Numbered from the stretch's first letter, positions 31,780 to 42,863 are shown. The stretch is DNA of 64,000 bases from Trueperaceae bacterium (GCA_965213705.1 OZ243913.1:320001-384000); one strand, 5' to 3'. The notes: generated by a model from the letters alone, not told the origin. A program made the numbers and translations.

Positions 31780-33519
31780 GTGAATAGAGCACATAAATAC
31801 GACGTGATCATCGTGGGGGCGGGCGGCTCGGGGCTGATGGCGGCGCGTTACGCGGCGCAGAACCCGAATGTGTCGGTGGCGGTCGTGTCCAAACTCTACC
31901 CGACTAGATCGCACACGGGCGCGGCGCAGGGCGGCGTCGGCGCGGCGCTCGGCAACGTGTCGGAAGACCACCCCGAGTGGCACGCCTTCGACACCATCAA
32001 GGGCGGCGACTATCTCACCGACCAGAACGTCGCGGAGATGTTCGCCTACGACGTCATCGAGTCTGTTTATGAGCTCGAGCACATGGGCTTGCCCTTCTCC
32101 CGCACCCCCGAGGGCAAAATCGCCCAGCGCAAGTTTGGCGGACACACACGTGAATTCGGCAAGTCGGCCGTCGAACGCGCCTGCTACGCCGCCGACCGCA
32201 CCGGGCACATGATCCTGCAGACCCTGTACCAACAGTCGATCAAAAACAACGTGACCTTTTTCAACGAGTATCACGTCCTCGACCTCGTCATGGTCGACGG
32301 CGAGTGCCGCGGCGTGGTCGCCTACGACCTCGCCACCGGCGAACTGCACACCTTTCACGCCAAGTCGACCGTCATCGCTACCGGCGGGTTCGGCCGGATG
32401 TTCAAGGTCACCTCGAACGCGCACGCGCTCACCGGCGACTTGACCAGCATCGCCTACCGGCGCGGAATTCCCATCGAAGACCCCGAATTTTTCCAGTTTC
32501 ACCCGACGGGCCTGTACAAAATCGGCGTGCTTTTAACCGAGGGCGCGCGGGGCGAGGGCGGGATTTTACGCAACAGCGAGGGCGAGCGCTTTATGGAGCG
32601 CTACGCGCCGAGCATCAAGGACTTGGCCCCCCGCGACATGGTCTCGCGTTCGATGTACTTGGAAGTCCGTGAGGGCCGCGGCGTCGGGCCGGAGAACGAC
32701 TACATCCTCTTAGACCTGACCCACATTGACGCCGATATCATCGAGAAGCGCCTGCCCGACATCACCGAGTTCTCGAGAATTTACCTGGGCGTCGACCCTA
32801 TCAAAGAACCCGTGCCGGTCCAGCCGACCGCGCACTACGCGATGGGCGGCATCCCGACGACTGTCGACACCGAAGTCATCCTCGACGGCGACAACACCAT
32901 CGTTCCCGGCCTGTACGCGGCGGGCGAGTGCTCCTGCGCTTCGCTCCACGGCGCGAACCGCCTCGGCACCAACAGTCTGGGCGACTTGATCGTCTTCGGC
33001 CGCCGGGCTGGTCGCTTTGCCGCGAAACATGCCGCGAAAGAAGACTACCGTGACCTCCCCGCCGACGCGCAGGACTTCTCGCGCGAACTCCTCGACAAGG
33101 CCTTGAACGGCCCCGGTAAGGAGCGCGTCTCGCACATCCGCAAAGAGATGCGCAACACGATGATGGACAACGCCTCCGTGTTCCGCACCGACGAGACGCT
33201 CGGCAACCAAAAAGAGATTCTCAAAGAACTCAAGGAACGCGCCAAGCTCATCGGCGTCGACGACCAGGGCAAGCAGTACAACACCGAATTGATGGAGGCG
33301 CTGGAACTCGGCTTCCTGCTCGACAACGCCGAACAGCTCGTCCACGCCGCCCACAACCGCAAAGAGTCTCGAGGCGCGCACTCCCGCGAAGACTACAGAG
33401 AGCGCGACGACGACAACTGGCTGAAACACACCCTTATTTACAAAGACGGCGAGGGTACCCGCATCGAATACAAAGAAGTCACGCTCGGCAAGTACGAGCC
33501 GAAGCCGAGGGTTTACTAA
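31780..33519 (+). CDS. sdhA: Succinate dehydrogenase flavoprotein
   Basis: [29 protein letters not shown]. Confidence 0.97.
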   Translation: MNRAHKYDVIIVGAGGSGLMAARYAAQNPNVSVAVVSKLYPTRSHTGAAQGGVGAALGNVSEDHPEWHAFDTIKGGDYLTDQNVAEMFAYDVIESVYELEHMGLPFSRTPEGKIAQRKFGGHTREFGKSAVERACYAADRTGHMILQTLYQQSIKNNVTFFNEYHVLDLVMVDGECRGVVAYDLATGELHTFHAKSTVIATGGFGRMFKVTSNAHALTGDLTSIAYRRGIPIEDPEFFQFHPTGLYKIGVLLTEGARGEGGILRNSEGERFMERYAPSIKDLAPRDMVSRSMYLEVREGRGVGPENDYILLDLTHIDADIIEKRLPDITEFSRIYLGVDPIKEPVPVQPTAHYAMGGIPTTVDTEVILDGDNTIVPGLYAAGECSCASLHGANRLGTNSLGDLIVFGRRAGRFAAKHAAKEDYRDLPADAQDFSRELLDKALNGPGKERVSHIRKEMRNTMMDNASVFRTDETLGNQKEILKELKERAKLIGVDDQGKQYNTELMEALELGFLLDNAEQLVHAAHNRKESRGAHSREDYRERDDDNWLKHTLIYKDGEGTRIEYKEVTLGKYEPKPRVY

Positions 33520-33584
33520 AGGAGGAAAAAGGAGAAAGTGAAAAGTGGAAAGTCTTTTTCCTTTTTCCTTTCCATTTTCTCCTG
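33520..33584. repeat. Purine/pyrimidine 7-bp repeats forming an imperfect inverted repeat
   Basis: ggaaaaaggagaaagtgaaaagtggaaag followed by ctttttcctttttcctttccattttctcc; shares blocks with the 5.9 kb repeat. Confidence 0.65.
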
Positions 33585-33590
33585 ATTATC

Positions 33591-34289
<699 letters not shown>

Positions 34290-34314
34290 AGTTTTACTGC
34301 TCGAGTAGTTTTTT

Positions 34315-34342
34315 GCGCCCCCGACGTCGGGGGCGCTGTTTT
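34315..34342 (+). terminator. Intrinsic terminator of the sdh operon
   Basis: GCGCCCCCGACGTCGGGGGCGC palindrome followed by TGTTTT. Confidence 0.75.
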
Positions 34343-34358
34343 ATAGTCGGAAGCGTTG

Positions 34359-35144
34359 ATGGATTCGGCTTCCGTTTTTGGCAACCTTACGAGCTACGCC
34401 CTAGTTTGGGGAGGGTTCGTTTTTGTCGTTCTCGCCGTGTCAATTGGTGTCAGGACGGCCTGGTTCAAAGGCGTTTTGGGCGAATTCAAGGTAAGGTTTA
34501 CGCTGCGCCGTCGCTTAGACAAAAAGCAGTACCACACCTTTCACAACCTGATGTTGGCGACACCCGACGGCACCACGCAAATCGACCATGTAGTCGTTTC
34601 GCAGTTCGGCCTGTTCGTGCTCGAGACGAAAAACATGAAGGGCTGGATTTTCGGCAGTTCCGAGCAAGCGACTTGGACACAGCAAATCTACCGATACAAG
34701 TATAAGTTTCAGAACCCGCTTCGTCAAAACTACAAACACGTAAAAGCGCTCGAGGCGCTGCTAGACCTTTCTCCCGATGTCATCTATTCAGTCGTGGTGT
34801 TCGTGGGCAACAGCCGCTTCAAAACGGCCATGCCTGAAAACGTCACCCGTCTGGCTAGTTTCGTCACCTGTATAAAAGCCAAGACGCAGCCGATGTTGAC
34901 AGACGCTCAGGTACAAGCCGTCGTCACAAGGCTTCAAACGGGCAAGCTCGAGGCTACACCTCAGCTACGGCGTGAGCATGTGCGCCGTCTGCGCTCGAGG
35001 AGTGACCCAAAATCGGTTCAGCTTTGCCCGAAATGTGGCAGTACGATGATGCTCAAAACGACCAAACAGGGTGCAAACGCAGGCAGCCGGTTTTGGGGCT
35101 GCTCTAACTTTCCACAGTGTCGCGGCACGCGGCAGCTCGCCTAA
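34359..35144 (+). CDS. NERD domain protein with C-terminal topoisomerase-type C4 zinc ribbon
   Basis: N-terminal TM, GE..V, TQIDHVVVS...LETKN, QNPLRQNYKH, CPKCG...FWGCSNFPQC. Confidence 0.9.
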   Translation: MDSASVFGNLTSYALVWGGFVFVVLAVSIGVRTAWFKGVLGEFKVRFTLRRRLDKKQYHTFHNLMLATPDGTTQIDHVVVSQFGLFVLETKNMKGWIFGSSEQATWTQQIYRYKYKFQNPLRQNYKHVKALEALLDLSPDVIYSVVVFVGNSRFKTAMPENVTRLASFVTCIKAKTQPMLTDAQVQAVVTRLQTGKLEATPQLRREHVRRLRSRSDPKSVQLCPKCGSTMMLKTTKQGANAGSRFWGCSNFPQCRGTRQLA

Positions 35145-35295
35145 AAAGGTTGAAGTTCATCTCAAAGCGAATTTTGGTTTGGTTACACCTTAGCAGTTGC
35201 CAGACTAGCGTCAATGACGATTTCTCGAGCGGGCAACTCACCTTCTAGGTTTCGCACAGCGACGACTAAAAGGTACTCGAGCTTAATTACCTCCC

Positions 35296-35324
35296 CACAT
35301 AACTGTGTGTATGTGTTGTACGCT
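35296..35324 (+). promoter_or_regulatory. Inverted repeat CACATA-N8-TATGTG with adjacent -10 TACGCT (probable TA autoregulatory operator)
   Basis: Directly upstream of the antitoxin ATG. Confidence 0.5.
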
Positions 35325-35329
35325 TTCTT

Positions 35330-35581
35330 ATGACAAAATCCCTTCCCCTCGAGGTCAACATGAGCGAGTTCCGGAATAACCTGTCCACTTATCTCGACGC
35401 TGTGGAAAAGGGCAAGACAGTTAGAATCATCCGCCGAGGCAAACCCAGTGCCATCCTGATACGCGCTGAGGAATCTGTTGAAGCCATCGACCCAGAGGCC
35501 CTGAGAACCTTCAGAAACGGTTTGAACGTGGAAACCGGTAGCAGCGTCATCGTAGACTTGCGGCGGAATGAACGCTATTAG
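35330..35581 (+). CDS. Phd/YefM family antitoxin
   Basis: VNMSEFRNNLSTYLDAVEKGKTVRIIRRGKP. Confidence 0.88.
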   Translation: MTKSLPLEVNMSEFRNNLSTYLDAVEKGKTVRIIRRGKPSAILIRAEESVEAIDPEALRTFRNGLNVETGSSVIVDLRRNERY

Positions 35582-36017
35582 GTATTACGACACGAGCGCC
35601 GTTCTGCCGCTTTATCTAAACGAGCCCGCTTCCGAAGTTGCGCAGCGGGCGCTCGAGCGAGACAGCGGCCAGCTCGCCACCTCCGTCCTCACCACCGTCG
35701 AACTGCGCGCAGGCTTGGCGCGGCTCGAGCACGAAGGCGTCCTGAGCGCCGCGCAGGCCGACGCCGTTTTCGAGCGCGCCCGCCGAGACCTGGACCGGAC
35801 GCCGCGCAGGCTCAAGCTTTCCGGGGATGTTCTCGAAGAGGCTGTACGGCTCCTGAAAATCAAGGGGGATACACCCCTCAAAACGCTGAACACGCTGCAC
35901 GTCGCTACCTGTTTGCGCTACGGAACCGGCGGCTTTGTCACGAATGACAAACAGCAAGCACGTTTTGCGCAGCAAGTGGGGCTGCGGGTTTCTTATTTGG
36001 CCGGAGAACTTACTTGA
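35568..36017 (+). CDS. PIN/VapC family toxin (possibly inactive)
   Basis: YYDTSA...E...TVE; LKTLNTLHVAT in place of the usual L.TLDA.H; FVTNDKQQ. Confidence 0.85.
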   Translation: MNAIRYYDTSAVLPLYLNEPASEVAQRALERDSGQLATSVLTTVELRAGLARLEHEGVLSAAQADAVFERARRDLDRTPRRLKLSGDVLEEAVRLLKIKGDTPLKTLNTLHVATCLRYGTGGFVTNDKQQARFAQQVGLRVSYLAGELT

Positions 36018-36112
36018 ATTTCTGACGTCGAAGGTTGTTTGTGTTTGTAGAGAATAGCCGGAAGCGGGAACTGTGATTCTGCTCGCCACCGAAGTTTGCT
36101 AAGCTAAAGCCT

Positions 36113-36463
36113 ATGGCGTCTGTAACCCTGAACCTGTCAGACCAGCTCAAGGCGCGCGTTGAATCCTTCAGCCGCTGGCTGCCCGCCATCCTCGAAACAA
36201 GTTTGCTCGCCCTCAAAACGCCTGCTTACGAGGCGGCGAGTGAATTTATCGAGTTTTTGGCGTCCAATCCCTTACCCCAAGCGGTTCACAATTACCGACT
36301 TTCTGAGGTCGTGCAAAAACGGGTGGAGGGCTTGCTCGAGCACAACCGCGAAGGCATCTTAAGTGATGTCGAAGAGAAAGAGTTAGACGAGTATCTCAGG
36401 CTCGAGCACGTGGTCAGGATGGTCAAAGCCAAACTCGCTACTGACGAGTTAGCCGGAGTGTGA
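36113..36463 (+). CDS. Hypothetical protein, putative antitoxin partner of an HNH nuclease
   Basis: RVEGLLEHNREGILSDVEEKELDEY motif; overlaps the HNH start (GTGTGA). Confidence 0.7.
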   Translation: MASVTLNLSDQLKARVESFSRWLPAILETSLLALKTPAYEAASEFIEFLASNPLPQAVHNYRLSEVVQKRVEGLLEHNREGILSDVEEKELDEYLRLEHVVRMVKAKLATDELAGV

Positions 36464-36858
36464 GCGAAACCGCTCGAGAGCGCGTCGCACGAGCGCGGGG
36501 GCGTTGCGAATACTGCCTTTATCCCGAGACCGAGTCTCTACTTCCTCATCAACTCGACCATGTTGTTGCCAGGCAGCACGGCGGGTCGGACAGAGAGGAC
36601 AATTTGGCTTTTTGCTGTGCGGTCTGCAATCGCTACAAAGGCCCGAATTTGACCTCTGTCGACCCACAAACGAACGAAGTGACCCGGCTCTTCAATCCAC
36701 GCGCGCAGCAGTGGAAGGCTCACTTCTCTTTCGACGACGGTCGCGTTGTTGGGCTGACAGCTGAACGCCGGGCGACAGTCTTTTTGCTCCGCCTCAACGA
36801 TGAAGAACGTCTTGCAGAACGCCGCACTCCGCTTGTATCAAAACGCTATGGGCTATAG
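36460..36858 (+). CDS. HNH endonuclease
   Basis: RCEYC, DHVVARQHGG, NLAFCCAVCNRYKG, LFNPR. Confidence 0.9.
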   Translation: MSETARERVARARGRCEYCLYPETESLLPHQLDHVVARQHGGSDREDNLAFCCAVCNRYKGPNLTSVDPQTNEVTRLFNPRAQQWKAHFSFDDGRVVGLTAERRATVFLLRLNDEERLAERRTPLVSKRYGL

Positions 36859-36887
36859 AATCTCGAGACGCAAGCCGACCTGTTTTC

Positions 36888-37535
36888 ATGACCCTGACTC
36901 CCCAAATCCTTCTCAACGCCTACTGCCAAGGCCTGTTCCCGATGGCCGACCCGGACGAGGGCGGCGCGGTGTACTGGTACGACCCCGACCCGCGTACCCT
37001 TATTCCGTTAGAGGCCTTTCACGTACCGCGCCGTTTGGCTCGCACAGTGCGCCAGGGAAAGTTCGAGGTGCGCGTGGACAGCGCTTTCCGCCGCGTGATT
37101 GAGGCTTGCGCCGAGCCGCGGGAAGCGGACGCGAAGACCTGGATAAGCCCGGAACTCGTCAACCTCTACACCGCCCTCCACGAACGAGGTTTCGCGCACA
37201 GCGTCGAGACCTACCTGGACGGCGAACTCGTCGGCGGCGTTTACGGCGTGAGCGTGCGTGGGCTGTTCGCGGGCGAGAGCATGTTCAGCCGCGTGACGGA
37301 TGCCAGCAAGGTCGCGCTGGTGCATCTTTTAAGAGGTTTGAGGGCGAGCGGCTACACCTTGTTCGACGTGCAGTTTACGACCGCCCACTTGCAGCGCTTC
37401 GGGGCGGTGGAAGTCCCGCGCGCGGAGTACAAGCGGAGGCTGGCCCAGGCCCTCACGGTGAGTCCTCGAGCCCTCACCGAACAGGCGCGTCGGGAACCTC
37501 GGGGTCGGGGTTCGAGCGCTGGTGATAGACCTTGA
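36888..37535 (+). CDS. aat: Leucyl/phenylalanyl-tRNA--protein transferase
   Basis: AYCQGLFPM, TWIS, AHSVE, FAGESMFS, DASKVAL. Confidence 0.95.
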   Translation: MTLTPQILLNAYCQGLFPMADPDEGGAVYWYDPDPRTLIPLEAFHVPRRLARTVRQGKFEVRVDSAFRRVIEACAEPREADAKTWISPELVNLYTALHERGFAHSVETYLDGELVGGVYGVSVRGLFAGESMFSRVTDASKVALVHLLRGLRASGYTLFDVQFTTAHLQRFGAVEVPRAEYKRRLAQALTVSPRALTEQARREPRGRGSSAGDRP

Positions 37536-38346
37536 CGACCTCGGCCCCGAAGAAAAAAAGCTGCGCCGCGAAAAACACCCACAGCAAAAAGACGATTAAC
37601 GACCCCGCCGCCCCGTAGGCCGAGGCGATAAAGCTGTTGCCGATGAACACGCCGATGGTCCACTTGCCCGCCGTAAACAACACGGCCGTAAGGAGCGCCC
37701 CCGCCCCCACCTCGCGCCAGCGCAACTTGACGTGCGGCAGGTATTTGTAAACGAGCCCGAACAGCAGCGTCAGCAGCACGATGTTGAAAACGATGTCGAG
37801 CAGCCCCAACACGCCCGGCGGCAAACCCAGCCGCCGACTCATTGACCCCGTAAACGCGGTCAGGCTGGCGCTGAAGAGGAGCGACACCGCCAGCAAAAAC
37901 CCGAAGCTGAACACGAGCGCGACCGAAACGAAGCGTTGCAGAGCCAAGCGCAACAATCCTTGTTTCGGAGCCGGGGCCGCCCGAAAAATCAGGTTGAGCG
38001 CGTCGCGCAGTTCGTGGAGCACCGCCGACGCCGCGAACAGCAACACCACCACGCCGATGCTCGTCGCGTAGATGCCTGAACGTTCCCCGTAGGCCGTGAG
38101 CGCCGTACTGAACAGCATCTCGGTAATCTGGATACCGGGCGCGCCCACGAGCGAGCCGACCTGGTTCAACACCTCGGCCCGAATTTGGTCACGCTCGAGC
38201 AGCAGCCCCGCAATCGTCACCGAGAAGATAAAAAACGGAGCCAGCGACAGCGCCGTGAAAAAGGCCAGCGCCGCCCCGAGCCGCCCGGCCTGGTCGCGCT
38301 GCCAGGCGGCCAACGCCGCTTTGAGCACCTGGTATGTGGTTATCAC
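37474..38346 (-). CDS. YihY/BrkB family membrane protein
   Basis: GAALAFFTALSLAP, YKYLP, YGAAGSLIVFLLWVFF. Confidence 0.92.
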   Translation of the reverse strand: MITTYQVLKAALAAWQRDQAGRLGAALAFFTALSLAPFFIFSVTIAGLLLERDQIRAEVLNQVGSLVGAPGIQITEMLFSTALTAYGERSGIYATSIGVVVLLFAASAVLHELRDALNLIFRAAPAPKQGLLRLALQRFVSVALVFSFGFLLAVSLLFSASLTAFTGSMSRRLGLPPGVLGLLDIVFNIVLLTLLFGLVYKYLPHVKLRWREVGAGALLTAVLFTAGKWTIGVFIGNSFIASAYGAAGSLIVFLLWVFFAAQLFFFGAEVVKVYHQRSNPDPEVPDAPVR

Positions 38347-38462
38347 CTGAGAAGAGTGTACCAGGATACTTGGGAGGTTAGTTTGAAGTGCTGGCGCTCG
38401 GCGTTATCAAAGTGTCGACGCTGTATCAGAGTTGAAGTCGCAAAGAAATTAGACCAAGAGAA

Positions 38463-40055
38463 CTATAGCTTTTGCTGGCATTCCGAAATTATTTTTTCTT
38501 TGATTTTGTCAACAGGATAAGGAAGTGCTTCCCCAACCTTTATGCAATATTTCCGCATCAACCTCACGTCTTTCGTATCCAGCTGATATTTTTTGTTGCC
38601 GTTCGAGTCTGTCTCTATTAAAACTGGCTTTCCGACTAAAGCAACACCACATACAAATCTATAATCATCTAAAACAACCTCGAAAATTTCGGCTTTACAC
38701 TGAACTTGAGTTTCTGATTCTTCGCTCGTCCAAAATAATCTGGAGACCATTGCTTCAGACCTTAGCAGAGACGCGAAAGTCTCGAGCTGCTTTCTCTGAC
38801 CGTATAAATGAGGTAACTCGACCTTCAAATCGCTCGACGTAGGGAAGTGACGTGAAATCTCCCAAGTATCCCGTATCAAGCGTGCAGTGTCAACACATTT
38901 TTGGTCAAAGTCAAAGCTAACTTGACCGCTTAGAAATAGAGCTGAATTCAACGTAATTTCAACTTCAAGTATATTTTTAGAGTTATCATTGCTCGAAAAC
39001 AGAAGTACAAAGTCCGAGTACAGTTTTAGATTATCCAAACGGTGAGTTTCGCTTGGCTTCGGATGAGACACCCGCCAATCAGGTTGTTCCTTGTACCGGG
39101 AAACAAGCACTTGTATGAAAGGTGCCTCAAATAGAATTTTCAAATACTTCTGGTATTCCTCCCCAAGTAGATGAGCGGTAGCTTGTGGAATACGAGATAC
39201 TACTCTCAGTTGCAAGAACTTTTCAGTACCAGGCATCCTGAGTCTGATTGTTTCCTCAGAAAAATCTGGCTCTCTAAACTGCATCACACCACCACTTGCA
39301 GTTCTCCGAGATTTCGGGTCTACTATGTCAAACCTTTTTTCATAGATTTCTGTTTCGATAACATCGACATGAGATATCCAACCAAGGGCAAAATCAACTA
39401 GAACCTCTTTTGAATCCTGAATGTACTCTTGTTTGCGGAACTGCTCTGGAATTAAAACTTCGTAGTTATGGATTGACTCACCTTCTTCATAGCCTACAGT
39501 ATCGTACAAGTGACTTTTGTGCCGACTGTAGGCATCAGGGTCGTCGCCAACGTAGCTTTTAATTGCCTCGAGCAACCCATCACCGTCCGGACTTGAGAGC
39601 ATTTCTGATTCGCCATACTCGAAAGACATCCATCTTTTATGCAGTTCGACCGTCGTATCTTCACTTAACTTTCTCAGCCGCTTCAATGTTCTTCGGATAC
39701 AGGCTTCGCTGATATGCACAAGATAAGCCCGTTGACAGTCCTTTTTGCCGTCAAACTCTAAAGCTAAGAAGAAAGTAGGATACAAATTTTTTACAAGTAA
39801 AAACCAATTTTTTAGATTGACTTTTCTATTGCCTTTTGGTTTATCTGTAGACTTAACCTGCACCAGACTCCGAGTCGCCGAAGGATTTTTGTCAAGGGGA
39901 AAAATAACTGCATCTGTTTCTGTCGGAAGCTCAAGAAAAAAGTCCCATCCGGTTTTATCCACATCGGATTTGTTTGCCACAATACCTACTTGGTCACACC
40001 ACTTCTGCAGTTCCGACTCGCCCAAGCTTCCCAAATCTCTTTCTGATTTAAACAT
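38463..40055 (-). CDS. AT-rich protein with N-terminal PD-(D/E)xK nuclease-like domain (DUF4365-like)
   Basis: GSLGES...DKTGWDF...VQVKST; long unrecognised C-terminus. Confidence 0.65.
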   Translation of the reverse strand: MFKSERDLGSLGESELQKWCDQVGIVANKSDVDKTGWDFFLELPTETDAVIFPLDKNPSATRSLVQVKSTDKPKGNRKVNLKNWFLLVKNLYPTFFLALEFDGKKDCQRAYLVHISEACIRRTLKRLRKLSEDTTVELHKRWMSFEYGESEMLSSPDGDGLLEAIKSYVGDDPDAYSRHKSHLYDTVGYEEGESIHNYEVLIPEQFRKQEYIQDSKEVLVDFALGWISHVDVIETEIYEKRFDIVDPKSRRTASGGVMQFREPDFSEETIRLRMPGTEKFLQLRVVSRIPQATAHLLGEEYQKYLKILFEAPFIQVLVSRYKEQPDWRVSHPKPSETHRLDNLKLYSDFVLLFSSNDNSKNILEVEITLNSALFLSGQVSFDFDQKCVDTARLIRDTWEISRHFPTSSDLKVELPHLYGQRKQLETFASLLRSEAMVSRLFWTSEESETQVQCKAEIFEVVLDDYRFVCGVALVGKPVLIETDSNGNKKYQLDTKDVRLMRKYCIKVGEALPYPVDKIKEKIISECQQKL

Positions 40056-40188
40056 GGCTTTAATGTATCTGAAATAGTGTGTCAAAGCGTGTTGTGCAGG
40101 CGTTGCGCCTTAAAGTTGCTCACCAACAGCCGGATACCCGCCTCGCTCATCGAGGACGTTGGCATTCGGGTCGCCACCCCACTCGAGC

Positions 40189-40410
40189 CTACCCCTCCAA
40201 ATCAAGCGCCTTTTCCACCTTGTCAGCCTCGGCCAGCTCAACGCGTATAAACGACTCGCCCGCGGTAATGTCGATATTCACCACGAGTTCGGCACCTTTT
40301 TTGGCCCGCTCGGGCAGCCAGGCAATCGGTAGGGTCAGGGTACTGCCGTCGTCGCGTTTTAAGTAAGCGCTGCCTTGGACGTAACCGTGGATTCGGAAGA
40401 GGTCAACCAT
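40189..40410 (-). CDS. Small hypothetical protein (DUF3006-like)
   Basis: TLPIAWLPERAKKGAEL pattern. Confidence 0.5.
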   Translation of the reverse strand: MVDLFRIHGYVQGSAYLKRDDGSTLTLPIAWLPERAKKGAELVVNIDITAGESFIRVELAEADKVEKALDLEG

Positions 40411-40508
40411 GCGCTATACCTTTCTCATCACTTTGGACAGTCTATCTCAAACCCAACCTCATCCTAAAGAGCAGGCGCAGGGATACTGTGAACTGTTACA
40501 GTGTGAGC

Positions 40509-40748
40509 GTGGTCGCGAACGACAAACTTCATCAGCTAAAAGACGCCGTTCACCTCTCCCTGGACGAACTAGCCGAAGACGCCGAGCGGTATCTCGAGCT
40601 TTTCAAACAGTTCAAACGAGAAGGCGGCAAGGTTGACGAAGACCTCAGTGCCGAACTCGAGGTTCAAGTAACCGTTTTGCAAGCCCACGCCACAAGCCTC
40701 GGTGAGTTGATAGACGAACTCGACAGTATTCTTGTTACCGACAAATAA
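40509..40748 (+). CDS. Small helical acidic hypothetical protein
   Basis: Amphipathic helical sequence; TACAGT -10 six nt before GTG. Confidence 0.6.
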   Translation: MVANDKLHQLKDAVHLSLDELAEDAERYLELFKQFKREGGKVDEDLSAELEVQVTVLQAHATSLGELIDELDSILVTDK

Positions 40749-40841
40749 ACCGCAGCCTCGAGCCGACAAGAAAGCCCGACGCCGCCGTTTATACTTGGGT
40801 GAATGGTTCTAGTCCGATTGAAAGCCGATGTAGGTTAAAGC

Positions 40842-42305
40842 GTGGCGCGACCCTCCACCCTCACCTACGACCGCGGGACGCTGCTGCTCCACCCGCCGCC
40901 GAAGGGCAAAAGCTGGCTCGAGTTCGTCACCTGGGACGACCGGGTCGAGAAGTTCCGGCTGCCCGCGCGCGACTACCGCCGCTTCGTCGAGGTCACGCGG
41001 GCGGAGGGCGTCGAGGTTGTCGACAAGGCTCGAGACTTCAAAGAGCTTATCTTGACTTCCGGTGCGGACAAAGAGCCGTATAAACACCAGCTCGAGGCGC
41101 TGAACGCCTGGAAAAGCCAGGGGCGGCAAGGGGTTGTGGTGCTGCCGACCGGGGCGGGCAAGACGTATGTGGCGCAGTTGGCGATGCTCGAGACGCCCCG
41201 CAGCACCCTCGTCGTGGTGCCGACGCTCGACCTCATGCACCAGTGGTACGCGAACCTGTCGGCGGCTTTTCCGGAAGCCGAGGTCGGGCTGTTGGGCGGC
41301 GGCTCGAAGGACGAGACGCCCGTGCTCATCGCCACCTACGACAGCGCCGCCATTTTTGCCGAAAAGCTCGGCAACCGCTACGGTTTACTGATTTTCGACG
41401 AGTGTCACCACCTGCCCGGCGACTTCGTGCGCACCGTCGCCGAGTATTCGCTCGCGCCCTACCGTTTAGGCCTTACCGCCACGCCCGAGCGGAGCGACGA
41501 GCGTCATCACGATTTGGACACGCTTATCGGCAAAATCGTCTACCGCAAAGCCCCCGAAGACCTGGCGGGCGGCGCGCTGTCCGAGCACCGGATAGAACAG
41601 ATTCGGGTGACGCTGACCGAAGACGAACGGGCCGAGTACGACAAGCTTATCGAGCAGCGCAACGCCTTTTTGAGCCGAAGCGGCATCTTTTTCGGAAGTT
41701 TAGACGGCTGGCAGCGCTTCGTGCAGGCGAGCGCGCGCTCGACCGAGGGCCGCGCCGCCATGCTCGCGCACCGCGCGGCGCGGCAAATCGCCTTTGGAAC
41801 GGAAGCGAAAATTCGCGTGCTGGCTGAGTTGCTGACCGAACACTACAGCGACCGCGTGCTGATTTTTACCGACGACAACGCGACCGTCTACCGTATCTCG
41901 CAAACCTTTTTGATTCCCGCCATCACCCACCAGACGAAAGTGAAAGAGCGCCACGCGACGTTGCAAGCTTTTCGGGACGGCTCGTACCCGCGCGTGGTGA
42001 CCTCGAGGGTCCTCAACGAAGGCGTCGACGTGCCCGAGGCGAACGTCGCCGTCGTCCTGTCCGGCACCGGCTCGACCAGGGAGTACATCCAGCGCTTGGG
42101 ACGGATTTTGCGCAAAGGCGAGGGCAAGCTGGCACTTCTCTACGAGGTTGTCGCCGAAGACACGAGCGAAGAAGGTGTCTCGAAGCGGCGGCGCGGGGAG
42201 CGGTTCGGCAAGGACTCGAGCAAGGCTGAAACGAGCAACGAGCAACCGAGTTTGAATTTTGAGCAAATCAAGCCGGGTGACGCCGCGAGTTTCGAGGACT
42301 TGTGA
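40842..42305 (+). CDS. SF2 helicase, archaeal-type XPB/Rad25-like
   Basis: N-terminal LTYDRGTLLL...WDDRV domain, LPTGAGKT, DECHH, GLTATPER, LNEGVDVP, QRLGRILR. Confidence 0.88.
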   Translation: MARPSTLTYDRGTLLLHPPPKGKSWLEFVTWDDRVEKFRLPARDYRRFVEVTRAEGVEVVDKARDFKELILTSGADKEPYKHQLEALNAWKSQGRQGVVVLPTGAGKTYVAQLAMLETPRSTLVVVPTLDLMHQWYANLSAAFPEAEVGLLGGGSKDETPVLIATYDSAAIFAEKLGNRYGLLIFDECHHLPGDFVRTVAEYSLAPYRLGLTATPERSDERHHDLDTLIGKIVYRKAPEDLAGGALSEHRIEQIRVTLTEDERAEYDKLIEQRNAFLSRSGIFFGSLDGWQRFVQASARSTEGRAAMLAHRAARQIAFGTEAKIRVLAELLTEHYSDRVLIFTDDNATVYRISQTFLIPAITHQTKVKERHATLQAFRDGSYPRVVTSRVLNEGVDVPEANVAVVLSGTGSTREYIQRLGRILRKGEGKLALLYEVVAEDTSEEGVSKRRRGERFGKDSSKAETSNEQPSLNFEQIKPGDAASFEDL

Positions 42306-42346
42306 CAGCCCCCATCTATTTGGCTTTGAGAGGGTAGGCTGGCGTG

Positions 42347-42745
42347 ATGTTGGTGCTGAGATTTCTTTGGGAACTGCCCCAAAACCTGTTGGGAGCGGTC
42401 GTCTGGCTGGTCGTGCGGCGCACCGTCAGCGAGACCACCGTGGAGCACGAACGGCTTTTCTTCCACGTGCCCAACTTCGGCGTCAGCCTCGGCAGCTTCG
42501 TCTTTTGGTCGAGCACCGACAACGCCGTCATCAAAATAAACCCGGACAACAAGGTTCATGAGTTCGGACACACCCTTCAGTCGCTTTATTTCGGGCCGCT
42601 GTACCTCCTGGTCATCGGCTTGCCGTCTATTTCTCGAGTGCTCTACGGAACGCTTTATTACGCCCTCACGAAAAAGAGGTGGCAAGGCTACTACGCGGGC
42701 TATCCAGAGCGGTGGGCGGACGAGTTGGGGCGAAAGTTTTACTGA
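42347..42745 (+). CDS. Hypothetical protein with HExxH motif
   Basis: WELPQNLLG, VHEFGHTLQS...GPLYLLVIGLPS, E.WAD. Confidence 0.7.
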   Translation: MLVLRFLWELPQNLLGAVVWLVVRRTVSETTVEHERLFFHVPNFGVSLGSFVFWSSTDNAVIKINPDNKVHEFGHTLQSLYFGPLYLLVIGLPSISRVLYGTLYYALTKKRWQGYYAGYPERWADELGRKFY

Positions 42746-42863
42746 GCGTATGTTTCCGCCGAGGCTCGAGCTTGACTATAAAATCCCCCAAGACGTTTCT
42801 CAAAAACGCTAAGTGACTTTTGGCGTTCATACAAGTTGTAAGATAACGTGTAATACTCATTTT

